From NCBI GenBank assembly GCA_964057225.1, contig OZ059895.1, forward strand, positions 11,718,001 through 11,782,000: a stretch of DNA of 64,000 bases, written 5' to 3'. The first letter of the stretch is position 1, and every line of letters starts with the position of its first letter. The notes under the pieces were generated by a model. It was not told the DNA's origin. It did not search any database and worked only from the letters and a program-made list of their open reading frames with translations. Below, in pieces: positions 1-13,350 of this stretch. The position numbers and the translations under genes were made by a program. The stretch comes from Auanema rhodensis (Eukaryota; Animalia; Nematoda).

Positions 1-399
1 ATGTTTTCAATTTTCAAGCAGTTTTACTTAGATAGCTCAACCCAAGGCAGCAATTTATCTTCAAACTTAACTCTATCTTACAGTTTTAAACCATTAGTTA
101 ATGAACCATCATCTTACCTTTACTATTTCTATCTATTTCCTATCAAAACCAACTTTGTTCAAACACTATACAACTGAGAAGCCTTTTTTAATTTCTTGTA
201 TTTGGAGTTCATAAGATTTGATATCATTGAGGGATCCAGATAGAACGTGGAAAATTACATAACTAACATGAAATTGGGAAAAAATTATAACGAGGATAAG
301 TATGTTGAAACATTGAATATCAGATATTTTCGCTCAGGACCATACCACGTTAAAAGTACGGCATGCGGCTGATTTTCAATTTTAACTCTTCTGTAACAA
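1..399. repeat. Representative satellite monomer (this copy is 399 bp because of one extra T at about 305)
   Basis: The sequence from 1 recurs at 400. Counted 125/399 G+C overall, while the core at 331-371 is 23/41 G+C. Confidence 0.97.
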
Positions 400-3300
400 A
401 TGTTTTCAATTTTCAAGCAGTTTTACTTAGATAGCTCAACCCAAGGCAGCAAATTATCTTCAATCTTATTTCTATCTTACAGTTATAAACCAGTAGTGAA
501 TGAACCATCATCTTACCTTCACTGTTTCTATCTATTTTCTATCAAAAGAAACATTGTTTAAACACTATACAACTGTGACACCTTTTTTAATTTCTTGTAT
601 TTGGAGTTCATAAGATTTGATATCATCGAGGGATCCAGATAGAACGTGGAAAATTACATAACTAACATGAAATTGGGCAAAAACTATGACGAGGATAAGT
701 ATGTGAATCATTGAATATCAGATATTTTCGCTTAGGACCATACCACGTTGAAAGTACGCCATGCCGCTGATTTTCAATTTTAACTCTTTTGTAACAGATG
801 TTTTCAATTTTCAAGCAGTTTTACTTAGATAGCTCAACCCAAGGCAGCAAATTATCTTCAATATTATTTCTATCTCACAGTTATAAACCAATAGTTAATG
901 AACCATCATCTTACCCTTACCGTTTCTATCTATTTCCTATCGAAACCAACTTTGTTCAAAAACTATACAACTGTGAAACCTTTTTTAATTTCTTGTATTT
1001 GGAGCTCATAAGATTTGATATCATTGAGGGATCCAGATAGAACGTGGAAAATTACATAACTACCATGAAATTGGGAAAAAATTGTAACGAGGATAAGTAT
1101 GTAAATCAGTGAATATCAGATATTTTCGCTTAGGACCATACCACGTTAAAAGTATGGCATGCGGCTGATTTTCAATTTTAACTCTTCTGTAACAAATGTT
1201 TTCAATTTTCAAGCAGTTTTACTTAGATAGCTCAACCCAAGGCAGCAAATTATCTTCAATATTATTTCTATCTTACAGTTATAAACCAATAGTTAATTAA
1301 CCATCATCTTACCTTCACTGTTTCTATCTATTTCCTATCGAAAGCAACTTTGTTCAAACACTATACAACTGTGAAACCTTTTTTAATTTCTTGTATTTGG
1401 AGCTCATAAGATTTGATATCATTGAGGGATCCAGATAGAACGTGGAAAATTACATAACTAACATGAAATTGGGAAAAAATTATAACGAGGATAAGTATGT
1501 GAAACATTGAATATCAGATATTTTCGCTCAGGACCATACCACGTTAAAAGTACGGCATGCGGCTGATTTTCAATTTTAACTTTTCTGTAACAAATGTTTT
1601 CAATTTTCAAGCAGTTTTACTTAGATAGCTCAACCCAAGGCAGCAAATTATCTTCAATCTTACTTCTATCTTACAGTTGTAAACCAATAGTTAATGAACC
1701 ATCATCTTACCCTTACCGTTTCTATCTATTTCATATCGAAACCAACTTTGTTCAAAAACTATACAACTGTGAAACCTTTTTTAATTTCTTGTATTTGGAG
1801 CTCATAAGATTTGATATCATTAAGGGATCCAGATAGAACGTAGAAAATTACATAACTACCATGAAATTGGGAAAAAATTGTAACGAGGATAAGTATGTAA
1901 ATCATTGAATATCAGATATTTTCGCTTACGACCATACCACGTTGAAAGAATGCCATGCCGCTGATTTTCAATTTTAACTCTTCTGTAACGAATGTTTCCA
2001 ATTTTCAAGCAGTTTTACTTAGAAAGCTCAACCCAAGGCAGCAAATTATCTTCAATATTATTTCTATCTTACAGTTTTAAACCATTAGTTAATGAACCAT
2101 CATCTTACCTTTACTATTTCTATCTATTTCCTATTAAAACCAACTTTGTTCAAACACTATACAACTGAGAAGCCTTTTTTAATTTCTTGTATTTGGAGTT
2201 CATAAGATTTGATATCATTGAGGGATCCAGATAGAACGTGGAAAATTACATAACTAACATGAAATTGGGAAAAAATTATAACGAGGATAAGTATGTGAAA
2301 CATTGAATATCAGATATTTTCGCTTAGGACCATACGACGTTGAAAGTACGCCATGCCGCTGATTTTCAATTTTAACTCTTCTGTAACAAATGTTTTCAAT
2401 TTCCAAGCAGTTTTACTTAGATAGCTCAACCCAAGGCAGCAAATTATCTTCAATCTTATTTCTATCTTACAGTTATAAACCAGTAGTGAATGAACCATCA
2501 TCTTACCTTCACTGTTTCTATCTATTTCCTATCAAAAGAAACATTGTTTAAACACTATACAACTGTGAAACCTTTTTTAATTTCTTGTATTTGGAGATCA
2601 TAAGATTTGATATCATTGAGGGATCCAGATAGAACGTGGAAAATTACGTAACTAACATGAAATTGGAAAAAACTATAACGAGGATAAGTATGTGAATCAT
2701 TGAATATCAGATATTTTTGCTTAGGACCATACCACGTTGAAAGTACGCCATGCCGCTGAATTTCAATTTTAACTCTTTTGTAACAAATGTTTTCAATTTT
2801 CAAGCAGTTTTACTCAGATAGCTTAACCCAAGGCAGCAAATTATCTTCAATATTATTTCTATCTTACAGTTTTAAACCATTAGTTAATGAACCATCATCT
2901 TACCTTTACTATTTCTATCTATTTCCTATCAAAACCAACTTTGTTCAAACACTATACAACTGAGAAGCCTTTTTTAATTTCTTGTATTTGGAGTTCATAA
3001 GATTTGATATCATTGAGGGATCCAGATAGAACGTGGAAAATTACATAACTAACATGAAATTGGGGAAAAATTATAACGAGGATAAGTATGTGAAACATTG
3101 AATATCAGATATTTTCGCTTAGGACCATACGACGTTGAAAGTACGCCATGCCGCTGATTTTCAATTTTAACTCTTCTGTAACAAATGTTTTCAATTTCCA
3201 AGCAGTTTTACTTAGATAGCTCAACCCAAGGCAGCAAATTATCTTCAATCTTATTTCTATCTTACAGTTATAAACCAGTAGTGAATGAACCATCATCTTA

Positions 3301-3514
3301 CCTTTACTGTTTCTATCTATTTTCTATCAGAACAAATATTGTTCAAACACTATACAACTGTGAAACCTTTTTTAATTTCTTGTATTTGGAGCTCATAAGA
3401 TTTGATATCATTGAGAGATCCAGATACAACGTGGAAAATTACGTAACTAACATGAAATTGGGAAAAAATTATAACGAGGATAAGTATGTAAATCATTGAA
3501 TATCAGATATTTTC

Positions 3515-3551
3515 GCTTACGACCATATCACGTTGAAAGTACGCCATGCCG
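3515..3551 (+). pseudogene. 5S rRNA 5' fragment (nt about 1-37), nematode-like; a homologous segment is present in every monomer at about monomer position 331-367
   Basis: The sequence is GCTTACGACCATATCACGTTGAAAGTACGCCATGCCG. C. elegans 5S as recalled is GCTTACGACCATATCACGTTGAATGCACGCCATCCCG, giving 34/37 identity with the first 23 nt identical. Similarity begins exactly at 5S nt 1. The downstream part is degenerate, so this is not an intact 119-nt gene. Confidence 0.85.
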
Positions 3552-5099
3552 CTGATTTTCAATTTTAACTCTTCTGTAACGAATGTTTTCAATTTTCAAG
3601 CAGTTTTACTTTGAAAGCTCAACCCAAGGCAGCAAATTATCTTCAATATTATTTCTATCTTACAGTTATAAACCAATAGTTAATGAACCATCATCTTACC
3701 TTTACTGTTTCTATCTATTTCCTATCAAAAGCAACTTTGTTCAAACACTATACAACTGTGAAACCTTTTTTAATTTCTTGTATTTGGAGCTCATAAAATT
3801 TGATATTATTGAGGGATCCAGATAGAACGTGGAAAATTACATAACTAACATGAAATTGGGAAAAAATTATAACGAGGATAAGTATGTGAAACATTGAATA
3901 TCAGATATTTTCGCTCAGGACCATACCACGTTAAAAATACGGCATGCGGCTGATTTTCAATTTAAACTTTTCTGTAACAAATGTTTTCAATTTTCAAGCA
4001 GTTTTACTTAGATAGCTCAACCCAAGGCAGCAAATTATCTTCAATCTTACTTCTATCTTACAGTTATAAACCAATAGTGAATGAACCATCATCTTACCTT
4101 CACTGTTTCTATCTATTTTCTATCAAAAGAAACATTGTTTAAACACTATACAACTGTGACACCTTTTTTAATTTCTTGTATTTGGAGTTCGTAAGATTTG
4201 ATATCATCGAGGGATCCAGATAGAACGTGGAAAATTACATAACTAACATGAAATTGGGAAAAAATTATAACGAGGATAAGTATGTGAAACATTGAATATC
4301 AGATATTTTCGCTTAGGACCATACGACGTTGAAAGTACGCCATGCCGCTGATTTTCAATTTTAACTCTTCTGTAACAAATGTTTTCAATTTCCAAGCAGT
4401 TTTACTTAGATAGCTCAACCCAAGGCAGCAAATTATCTTCAATCTTATTTCTATCTTACAGTTATAAACCAGTAGTGAATGAACCATCATCTTACCTTCA
4501 CTGTTTCTATCTATTTCCTATCAAAAGAAACATTGTTTAAACACTATACAACTGTGAAACCTTTTTTAATTTCTTGTATTTGGAGCTCATAAGATTTGAT
4601 ATCATTGAGGGATCCAGATAGAACGTGGAAAATTACGTAACTAACATGAAATTGGAAAAAACTATAACGAGGATAAGTATGTGAATCATTGAATATCAGA
4701 TATTTTCGCTTAGGACCATACCACGTTGAAAGTACGCCATGCCGCTGAATTTCAATTTTAACTCTTTTGTAACAAATGTTTTCAATTTTCAAGCAGTTTT
4801 ACTCAGATAGCTTAACACAAGGCAGCAAATTATCTTCAATATTATTTCTATCTTACAGTTATAAACCAATGGTTAATGAACCATCATCATACCTTTACTG
4901 TTTCTATCTATTTTCTATCAGAACAAATATTGTTCAAACACTATACAACTGTGAAACCTTTTTTAATTTCTTGTATTTGGAGCTCATAAGATCTGATATC
5001 ATTGAGGGATCCAGATAGAACGTGGAAAATTACGTAACTAACATGAATGTGGGAAAAACTATAACGAGGATAAGTATGTGAATCATTGAATATCAGATA

Positions 5100-7800
5100 T
5101 TTTCGCTTAGGACCATACCACGTTTAAAGTTCGCCATGCCGCTGATTTTCAATTTTAACTCTTCTGTAACAAATGTTTTCAATTTTCAAGCAGTTTTACT
5201 TAGATAGCTCAACCCAAGGCAGCAATTTATCTTCAAACTTAACTCTATTTTACAGTTTTAAACCATTAGTTAATGAACCATCATCTTACCTTTACTATTT
5301 CTATCTATTTCCTATCAAAACCAACTTTGTTCAAACACTATACAACTGAGAAGCCTTTTTTAATTTCTTGTATTTGGAGTTCATAAGATTTGATATCATT
5401 GAGGGATCCAGATAGAACGTGGAAAATTACATAACTAACATGAAATTGGGAAAAAATTATAACGAGGATAAGTATGTGAAACATTGAATATCAGATATTT
5501 TCGCTCAAGACCATACCACGTTAAAAGTACGGCATGCGGCTGATTTTCAATTTTAACTTTTCTGTAACAAATGTTTTCAATTTTCAAGCAGTTTTACTTA
5601 GATAGCTCAACCCAAGGCAGCAAATTATCTCTAATCTTACTTCTATCTTACAGTTGTAAACCAGTAGTGAATGAACCATCATCTTACCTTCACTGTTTCT
5701 ATCTTTTTTCTATCAAAAGAAACATTGTTTAAACACTATACAACTGTGACACCTTTTTTAATTTCTTGTATTTGGAGTTCATAAGATTTGATATCATCGA
5801 GGGATCCAGATAGAACGTGGAAAATTACATAACTAACATGAAATTGGGAAAAAATTATAACGAAGATAAGTATGTGAAACATTGAATATCAGATATTTTC
5901 GCTTAGGACCATACGACGTTGAAAGTACGCCATGCCGCTGATTTTCAATTTTAACTCTTCTGTAACAAATGTTTTCAATTTCCAAGCAGTTCTACTTAGA
6001 TAGCTCAACCCAAGGCAGCAAATTATCTTCAATCTTATTTCTATCTTACAGTTATAAACCAGTAGTGATTGAACCATCATCTTACCTTCACTGTTTCTAT
6101 CTATTCCCTATCGAAAGAAACATTGTTTAAACACTATACAACTGTGAAACCTTTTTTAATTTCTTGTATTTGGAGATCATAAGATTTGATATCATTGAGG
6201 GATCCAGATAGAACGTGGAAAATTACGTAACTAACATGAAATTGGAAAAAACTATAACGAGGATAAGTATGTGAATCATTGAATATCAGATATTTTCGCT
6301 TAGGACCATACCACGTTGAAAGTACGCCATGCCGCTGAATTTCAATTTTAACTCTTTTGTAACAAATGTTTTCAATTTTCAAGCAGTTTTACTCAGATAG
6401 CTTAACCCAAGGCAGCAAATTATCTTCAATATTATTTCTATCTTACAGTTATAAACCAATATTTAATGAACCATCATCTTACCTTTACTGTTTCTATCTA
6501 TTTTCTATCAGAACAAATATTGTTCAAACACTATACAACTGTGAAACCTTTTTTGATTTCTTGTATTTGGAGCTCATAAAATTTGATATCATTGAGGGAT
6601 TCAGATAGAACGTGGAAAATTACATAACTAACATGAAATTGGGAAAAAATTATAACGAGGATAAGTATGTGAATCATTGAATATCAGATATTTTCGCTTA
6701 GGACCATACCACGTTTAAAGTTCGCCATGCCGCTGATTTTCAATTTTAACTCTTCTGTAACAAATGTTTTCAATTTTCAAGCAGTTTTACTTAGATAGCT
6801 CAACCCAAGGCAGCAATTTATCTTCAAACTTAACTCTATTTTACAGTTTTAAACCATTAGTTAATGAACCATCATCTTACCTTTACTATTTCTATCTATT
6901 TCCTATCAAAACCAACTTTGTTCAAACACTATACAACTGAGAAGCCTTTTTTAATTTCTTGTATTTGGAGTTCATAAGATTTGATATCATTGAGGGATCC
7001 AGATAGAACGTGGAAAATTACATAACTAACATGAAATTGGGAAAAAATTATAACGAGGATAAGTATGTGAAACATTGAATATCAGATATTTTCGCTCAAG
7101 ACCATACCACGTTAAAAGTACGGCATGCGGCTGATTTTCAATTTTAACTTTTCTGTAACAAATGTTTTCAATTTTCAAGCAGTTTTACTTAGATAGCTCA
7201 ACCCAAGGCAGCAAATTATCTCTAATCTTACTTCTATCTTACAGTTGTAAACCAGTAGTGAATGAACCATCATCTTACCTTCACTGTTTCTATCTTTTTT
7301 CTATCAAAAGAAACATTGTTTAAACACTATACAACTGTGACACCTTTTTTAATTTCTTGTATTTGGAGTTCATAAGATTTGATATCATCGAGGGATCCAG
7401 ATAGAACGTGGAAAATTACATAACTAACATGAAATTGGGAAAAAATTATAACGAAGATAAGTATGTGAAACATTGAATATCAGATATTTTCGCTTAGGAC
7501 CATACGACGTTGAAAGTACGCCATGCCGCTGATTTTCAATTTTAACTCTTCTTTAACAAATGTTTTCAATTTCCAAGCAGTTCTACTTAGATAGCTCAAC
7601 CCAAGGCAGCAAATTATCTTCAATCTTATTTCTATCTTACAGTTATAAACCAGTAGTGATTGAACCATCATCTTACCTTCACTGTTTCTATCTATTCCCT
7701 ATCGAAAGAAACATTGTTTAAACACTATACAACTGTGAAACCTTTTTTAATTTCTTGTATTTGGAGATCATAAGATTTGATATCATTGAGGGATCCAGAT
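5100..7800. repeat. 4-monomer (1591 bp) higher-order repeat nested in the 13-mer, copy set 1
   Basis: Markers GTTTAAAGTTCG, CTCAAGACC, TCTCTAATC, CGAAGATAAG, GTTCTAC and GTGATTGAA repeat at +1591 (ORFs 5889/7480). Confidence 0.88.
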
Positions 7801-8685
7801 AGAATTCGGAAAATTACGTAACTAACATGAAATTGGGAAAAAATTATAACGAGGATAAGTATGTGAATCATTGAATATCAGATATTTTTGCTTAGGACCA
7901 TACCACGTTGAAAGTACGCCATGCCGCTGAATTTCAATTTTAACTCTTTTGTAACAAATGTTTTCAATTTTCAAGCAGTTTTACTCAGATAGCTTAACCC
8001 AAGGCAGCAAATTATCTTCAATATTATTTCTATCTTACAGTTTTAAACCATTAGTTAATGAACCATCATCTTACCTTTACTATTTCTATCTATTTCCTAT
8101 CAAAACCAACTTTGTTCAAACACTATACAACTGAGAAGCCTTTTTTAATTTCTTGTATTTGGAGTTCATAAGATTTGATATCATTGAGGGATCCAGATAG
8201 AACGTGGAAAATTACATAACTAACATGAAATTGGGGAAAAATTATAACGAGGATAAGTATGTGAAACATTGAATATCAGATATTTTCGCTTAGGACCATA
8301 CGACGTTGAAAGTACGCAATGCCGCTGATTTTCAATTTTAACTCTTCTGTAACAAATGTTTTCAATTTCCAAGCAGTTTTACTTAGATAGCTCAACCCAA
8401 GGCAGCAAATTATCTTCAATCTTATTTCTATCTTACAGTTATAAACCAGTAGTGAATGAACCATCATCTTACCTTTACTGTTTCTATCTATTTTCTATCA
8501 GAACAAATATTGTTCAAACACTATACAACTGTGAAACCTTTTTTAATTTCTTGTATTTGGAGCTCATAAGATTTGATATCATTGAGAGATCCAGATACAA
8601 CGTGGAAAATTACGTAACTAACATGAAATTGGGAAAAAATTATAACGAGGATAAGTATGTAAATCATTGAATATCCGATATTTTC

Positions 8686-8722
8686 GCTTACGACCATATC
8701 ACGTTGAAAGTACGCCATGCCG
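8686..8722 (+). pseudogene. 5S rRNA 5' fragment, 5S-like allele (duplicate of 3515-3551)
   Basis: Same 37-mer as 3515-3551, offset 5171 bp. Confidence 0.85.
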
Positions 8723-10269
8723 CTGATTTTCAATTTTAACTCTTCTGTAACGAATGTTTTCAATTTTCAAGCAGTTTTACTTTGAAAGCTCAACCCAAGG
8801 CAGCAAATTATCTTCAATATTATTTCTATCTTACAGTTATAAACCAATAGTTAATGAACCATCATCTTACCTTTACTGTTTCTATCTATTTCCTATCAAA
8901 AGCAACTTTGTTCAAACACTATACAACTGTGAAACCTTTTTTAATTTCTTGTATTTGGAGCTCATAAAATTTGATATTATTGAGGGATCCAGATAGAACG
9001 TGGAAAATTACATAACTAACATGAAATTGGGAAAAAATTATAACGAGGATAAGTATGTGAAACATTGAATATCAGATATTTTCGCTCAGGACCATACCAC
9101 GTTAAAAATACGGCATGCGGCTGATTTTCAATTTAAACTTTTCTGTAACAAATGTTTTCAATTTTCAAGCAGTTTTACTTAGATAGCTCAACCCAAGGCA
9201 GCAAATTATCTTCAATCTTACTTCTATCTTACAGTTATAAACCAATAGTGAATGAACCATCATCTTACCTTCACTGTTTCTATCTATTTTCTATCAAAAG
9301 AAACATTGTTTAAACACTATACAACTGTGACACCTTTTTTAATTTCTTGTATTTGGAGTTCGTAAGATTTGATATCATCGAGGGATCCAGATAGAACGTG
9401 GAAAATTACATAACTAACATGAAATTGGGAAAAAATTATAACGAGGATAAGTATGTGAAACATTGAATATCAGATATTTTCGCTTAGGACCATACGACGT
9501 TGAAAGTACGCCATGCCGCTGATTTTCAATTTTAACTCTTCTGTAACAAATGTTTTCAATTTCCAAGCAGTTTTACTTAGATAGCTCAACCCAAGGCAGC
9601 AAATTATCTTCAATCTTATTTCTATCTTACAGTTATAAACCAGTAGTGAATGAACCATCATCTTACCTTCACTGTTTCTATCTATTTCCTATCAAAAGAA
9701 ACATTGTTTAAACACTATACAACTGTGAAACCTTTTTTAATTTCTTGTATTTGGAGCTCATAAGATTTGATATCATTGAGGGATCCAGATAGAACGTGGA
9801 AAATTACGTAACTAACATGAAATTGGAAAAAACTATAACGAGGATAAGTATGTGAATCATTGAATATCAGATATTTTCGCTTAGGACCATACCACGTTGA
9901 AAGTACGCCATGCCGCTGAATTTCAATTTTAACTCTTTTGTAACAAATGTTTTCAATTTTCAAGCAGTTTTACTCAGATAGCTTAACACAAGGCAGCAAA
10001 TTATCTTCAATATTATTTCTATCTTACAGTTATAAACCAATGGTTAATGAACCATCATCATACCTTTACTGTTTCTATCTATTTTCTATCAGAACAAATA
10101 TTGTTCAAACACTATACAACTGTGAAACCTTTTTTAATTTCTTGTATTTGGAGCTCATAAGATCTGATATCATTGAGGGATCCAGATAGAACGTGGAAAA
10201 TTACGTAACTAACATGAATGTGGGAAAAACTATAACGAGGATAAGTATGTGAATCATTGAATATCAGAT

Positions 10270-13200
10270 ATTTTCGCTTAGGACCATACCACGTTTAAAG
10301 TTCGCCATGCCGCTGATTTTCAATTTTAACTCTTCTGTAACAAATGTTTTCAATTTTCAAGCAGTTTTACTTAGATAGCTCAACCCAAGGCAGCAATTTA
10401 TCTTCAAACTTAACTCTATTTTACAGTTTTAAACCATTAGTTAATGAACCATCATCTTACCTTTACTATTTCTATCTATTTCCTATCAAAACCAACTTTG
10501 TTCAAACACTATACAACTGAGAAGCCTTTTTTAATTTCTTGTATTTGGAGTTCATAAGATTTGATATCATTGAGGGATCCAGATAGAACGTGGAAAATTA
10601 CATAACTAACATGAAATTGGGAAAAAATTATAACGAGGATAAGTATGTGAAACATTGAATATCAGATATTTTCGCTCAAGACCATACCACGTTAAAAGTA
10701 CGGCATGCGGCTGATTTTCAATTTTAACTTTTCTGTAACAAATGTTTTCAATTTTCAAGCAGTTTTACTTAGATAGCTCAACCCAAGGCAGCAAATTATC
10801 TCTAATCTTACTTCTATCTTACAGTTGTAAACCAGTAGTGAATGAACCATCATCTTACCTTCACTGTTTCTATCTTTTTTCTATCAAAAGAAACATTGTT
10901 TAAACACTATACAACTGTGACACCTTTTTTAATTTCTTGTATTTGGAGTTCATAAGATTTGATATCATCGAGGGATCCAGATAGAACGTGGAAAATTACA
11001 TAACTAACATGAAATTGGGAAAAAATTATAACGAAGATAAGTATGTGAAACATTGAATATCAGATATTTTCGCTTAGGACCATACGACGTTGAAAGTACG
11101 CCATGCCGCTGATTTTCAATTTTAACTCTTCTGTAACAAATGTTTTCAATTTCCAAGCAGTTCTACTTAGATAGCTCAACCCAAGGCAGCAAATTATCTT
11201 CAATCTTATTTCTATCTTACAGTTATAAACCAGTAGTGATTGAACCATCATCTTACCTTCACTGTTTCTATCTATTCCCTATCGAAAGAAACATTGTTTA
11301 AACACTATACAACTGTGAAACCTTTTTTAATTTCTTGTATTTGGAGATCATAAGATTTGATATCATTGAGGGATCCAGATAGAACGTGGAAAATTACGTA
11401 ACTAACATGAAATTGGAAAAAACTATAACGAGGATAAGTATGTGAATCATTGAATATCAGATATTTTCGCTTAGGACCATACCACGTTGAAAGTACGCCA
11501 TGCCGCTGAATTTCAATTTTAACTCTTTTGTAACAAATGTTTTCAATTTTCAAGCAGTTTTACTCAGATAGCTTAACCCAAGGCAGCAAATTATCTTCAA
11601 TATTATTTCTATCTTACAGTTATAAACCAATATTTAATGAACCATCATCTTACCTTTACTGTTTCTATCTATTTTCTATCAGAACAAATATTGTTCAAAC
11701 ACTATACAACTGTGAAACCTTTTTTGATTTCTTGTATTTGGAGCTCATAAAATTTGATATCATTGAGGGATTCAGATAGAACGTGGAAAATTACATAACT
11801 AACATGAAATTGGGAAAAAATTATAACGAGGATAAGTATGTGAATCATTGAATATCAGATATTTTCGCTTAGGACCATACCACGTTTAAAGTTCGCCATG
11901 CCGCTGATTTTCAATTTTAACTCTTCTGTAACAAATGTTTTCAATTTTCAAGCAGTTTTACTTAGATAGCTCAACCCAAGGCAGCAATTTATCTTCAAAC
12001 TTAACTCTATTTTACAGTTTTAAACCATTAGTTAATGAACCATCATCTTACCTTTACTATTTCTATCTATTTCCTATCAAAACCAACTTTGTTCAAACAC
12101 TATACAACTGAGAAGCCTTTTTTAATTTCTTGTATTTGGAGTTCATAAGATTTGATATCATTGAGGGATCCAGATAGAACGTGGAAAATTACATAACTAA
12201 CATGAAATTGGGAAAAAATTATAACGAGGATAAGTATGTGAAACATTGAATATCAGATATTTTCGCTCAAGACCATACCACGTTAAAAGTACGGCATGCG
12301 GCTGATTTTCAATTTTAACTTTTCTGTAACAAATGTTTTTAATTTTCAAGCAGTTTTACTTAGATAGCTCAACCCAAGGCAGCAAATTATCTCTAATCTT
12401 ACTTCTATCTTACAGTTGTAAACCAGTAGTGAATGAACCATCATCTTACCTTCACTGTTTCTATCTTTTTTCTATCAAAAGAAACATTGTTTAAACACTA
12501 TACAACTGTGACACCTTTTTTAATTTCTTGTATTTGGAGTTCATAAGATTTGATATCATCGAGGGATCCAGATAGAACGTGGAAAATTACATAACTAACA
12601 TGAAATTGGGAAAAAATTATAACGAAGATAAGTATGTGAAACATTGAATATCAGATATTTTCGCTTAGGACCATACGACGTTGAAAGTACGCCATGCCGC
12701 TGATTTTCAATTTTAACTCTTCTTTAACAAATGTTTTCAATTTCCAAGCAGTTCTACTTAGATAGCTCAACCCAAGGCAGCAAATTATCTTCAATCTTAT
12801 TTCTATCTTACAGTTATAAACCAGTAGTGATTGAACCATCATCTTACCTTCACTGTTTCTATCTATTCCCTATCGAAAGAAACATTGTTTAAACACTATA
12901 CAACTGTGAAACCTTTTTTAATTTCTTGTATTTGGAGATCATAAGATTTGATATCATTGAGGGATCCAGATAGAACGTGGAAAATTACGTAACTAACATG
13001 AAATTGGAAAAAACTATAACGAGGATAAGTATGTGAATCATTGAATATCAGATATTTTCGCTTAGGACCATACCACGTTGAAAGTACGCCATGCCGCTGA
13101 ATTTCAATTTTAACTCTTTTGTAACAAATGTTTTCAATTTTCAAGCAGTTTTACTCAGATAGCTTAACCCAAGGCAGCAAATTATCTTCAATATTATTTC

Positions 13201-13350
13201 TATCTTACAGTTATAAACCAATATTTAATGAACCATCATCTTACCTTTACTGTTTCTATCTATTTTCTATCAGAACAAATATTGTTCAAACACTATACAA
13301 CTGTGAAACCTTTTTTGATTTCTTGTATTTGGAGCTCATAAAATTTGATA
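10270..13350. repeat. 4-monomer (1591 bp) higher-order repeat, copy set 2
   Basis: ORF pairs 11060/12651, 11305/12896 and 11537/13128 are all offset by 1591. Confidence 0.88.

Larger units (their letters stand above)
2690..12970. repeat. 13-monomer (5171 bp) tandem higher-order duplication, 2 copies
   Basis: Private variants and identical ORFs recur at +5171: 3185/8356, 3583/8754, 4776/9947, 5889/11060, 6366/11537, 7480/12651; ATATTTTTGC at 2711/7882. Boundaries are approximate. Confidence 0.93.

Noticed and set aside
301-310. Extra T in the first monomer (TATGTTGAAA, 399 bp)
   Set aside because: It is a singleton near the window edge and absent from the homologous monomer at 14321, so it cannot be distinguished from a sequencing error.
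327-345. CENP-B box at TTTCGCT
   Set aside because: It has TTCG but lacks the A at +9 and the CGGG of the TTCGNNNNANNCGGG core.
358-371. GGCATGCGG versus GCCATGCCG variant as a micro-inversion
   Set aside because: The reverse complement of one allele does not give the other. It is two linked C/G substitutions.
1-398. Monomer as a dimer of ~199-bp subunits
   Set aside because: No visible similarity between the two halves by eye, only short shared motifs.
290-445. Spliced-leader RNA remnants (AAACATTGAA; ACCCAAG), considered because SL1 is linked to 5S in many nematodes
   Set aside because: The matches are only 7-10 nt in AT-rich DNA, not adjacent as in SL1 RNA, and there is no GGTTTAATTACCCAAGTTTGAG on either strand. 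A cmscan against the SL1/SL2 models would settle it.
332-450. Functional 5S rRNA gene array
   Set aside because: Strong similarity stops at about nt 40. T4 runs interrupt the would-be gene, the internal control region is degenerate and mis-spaced, and the GC-rich 3' domain (CCTGGGAA) is absent.
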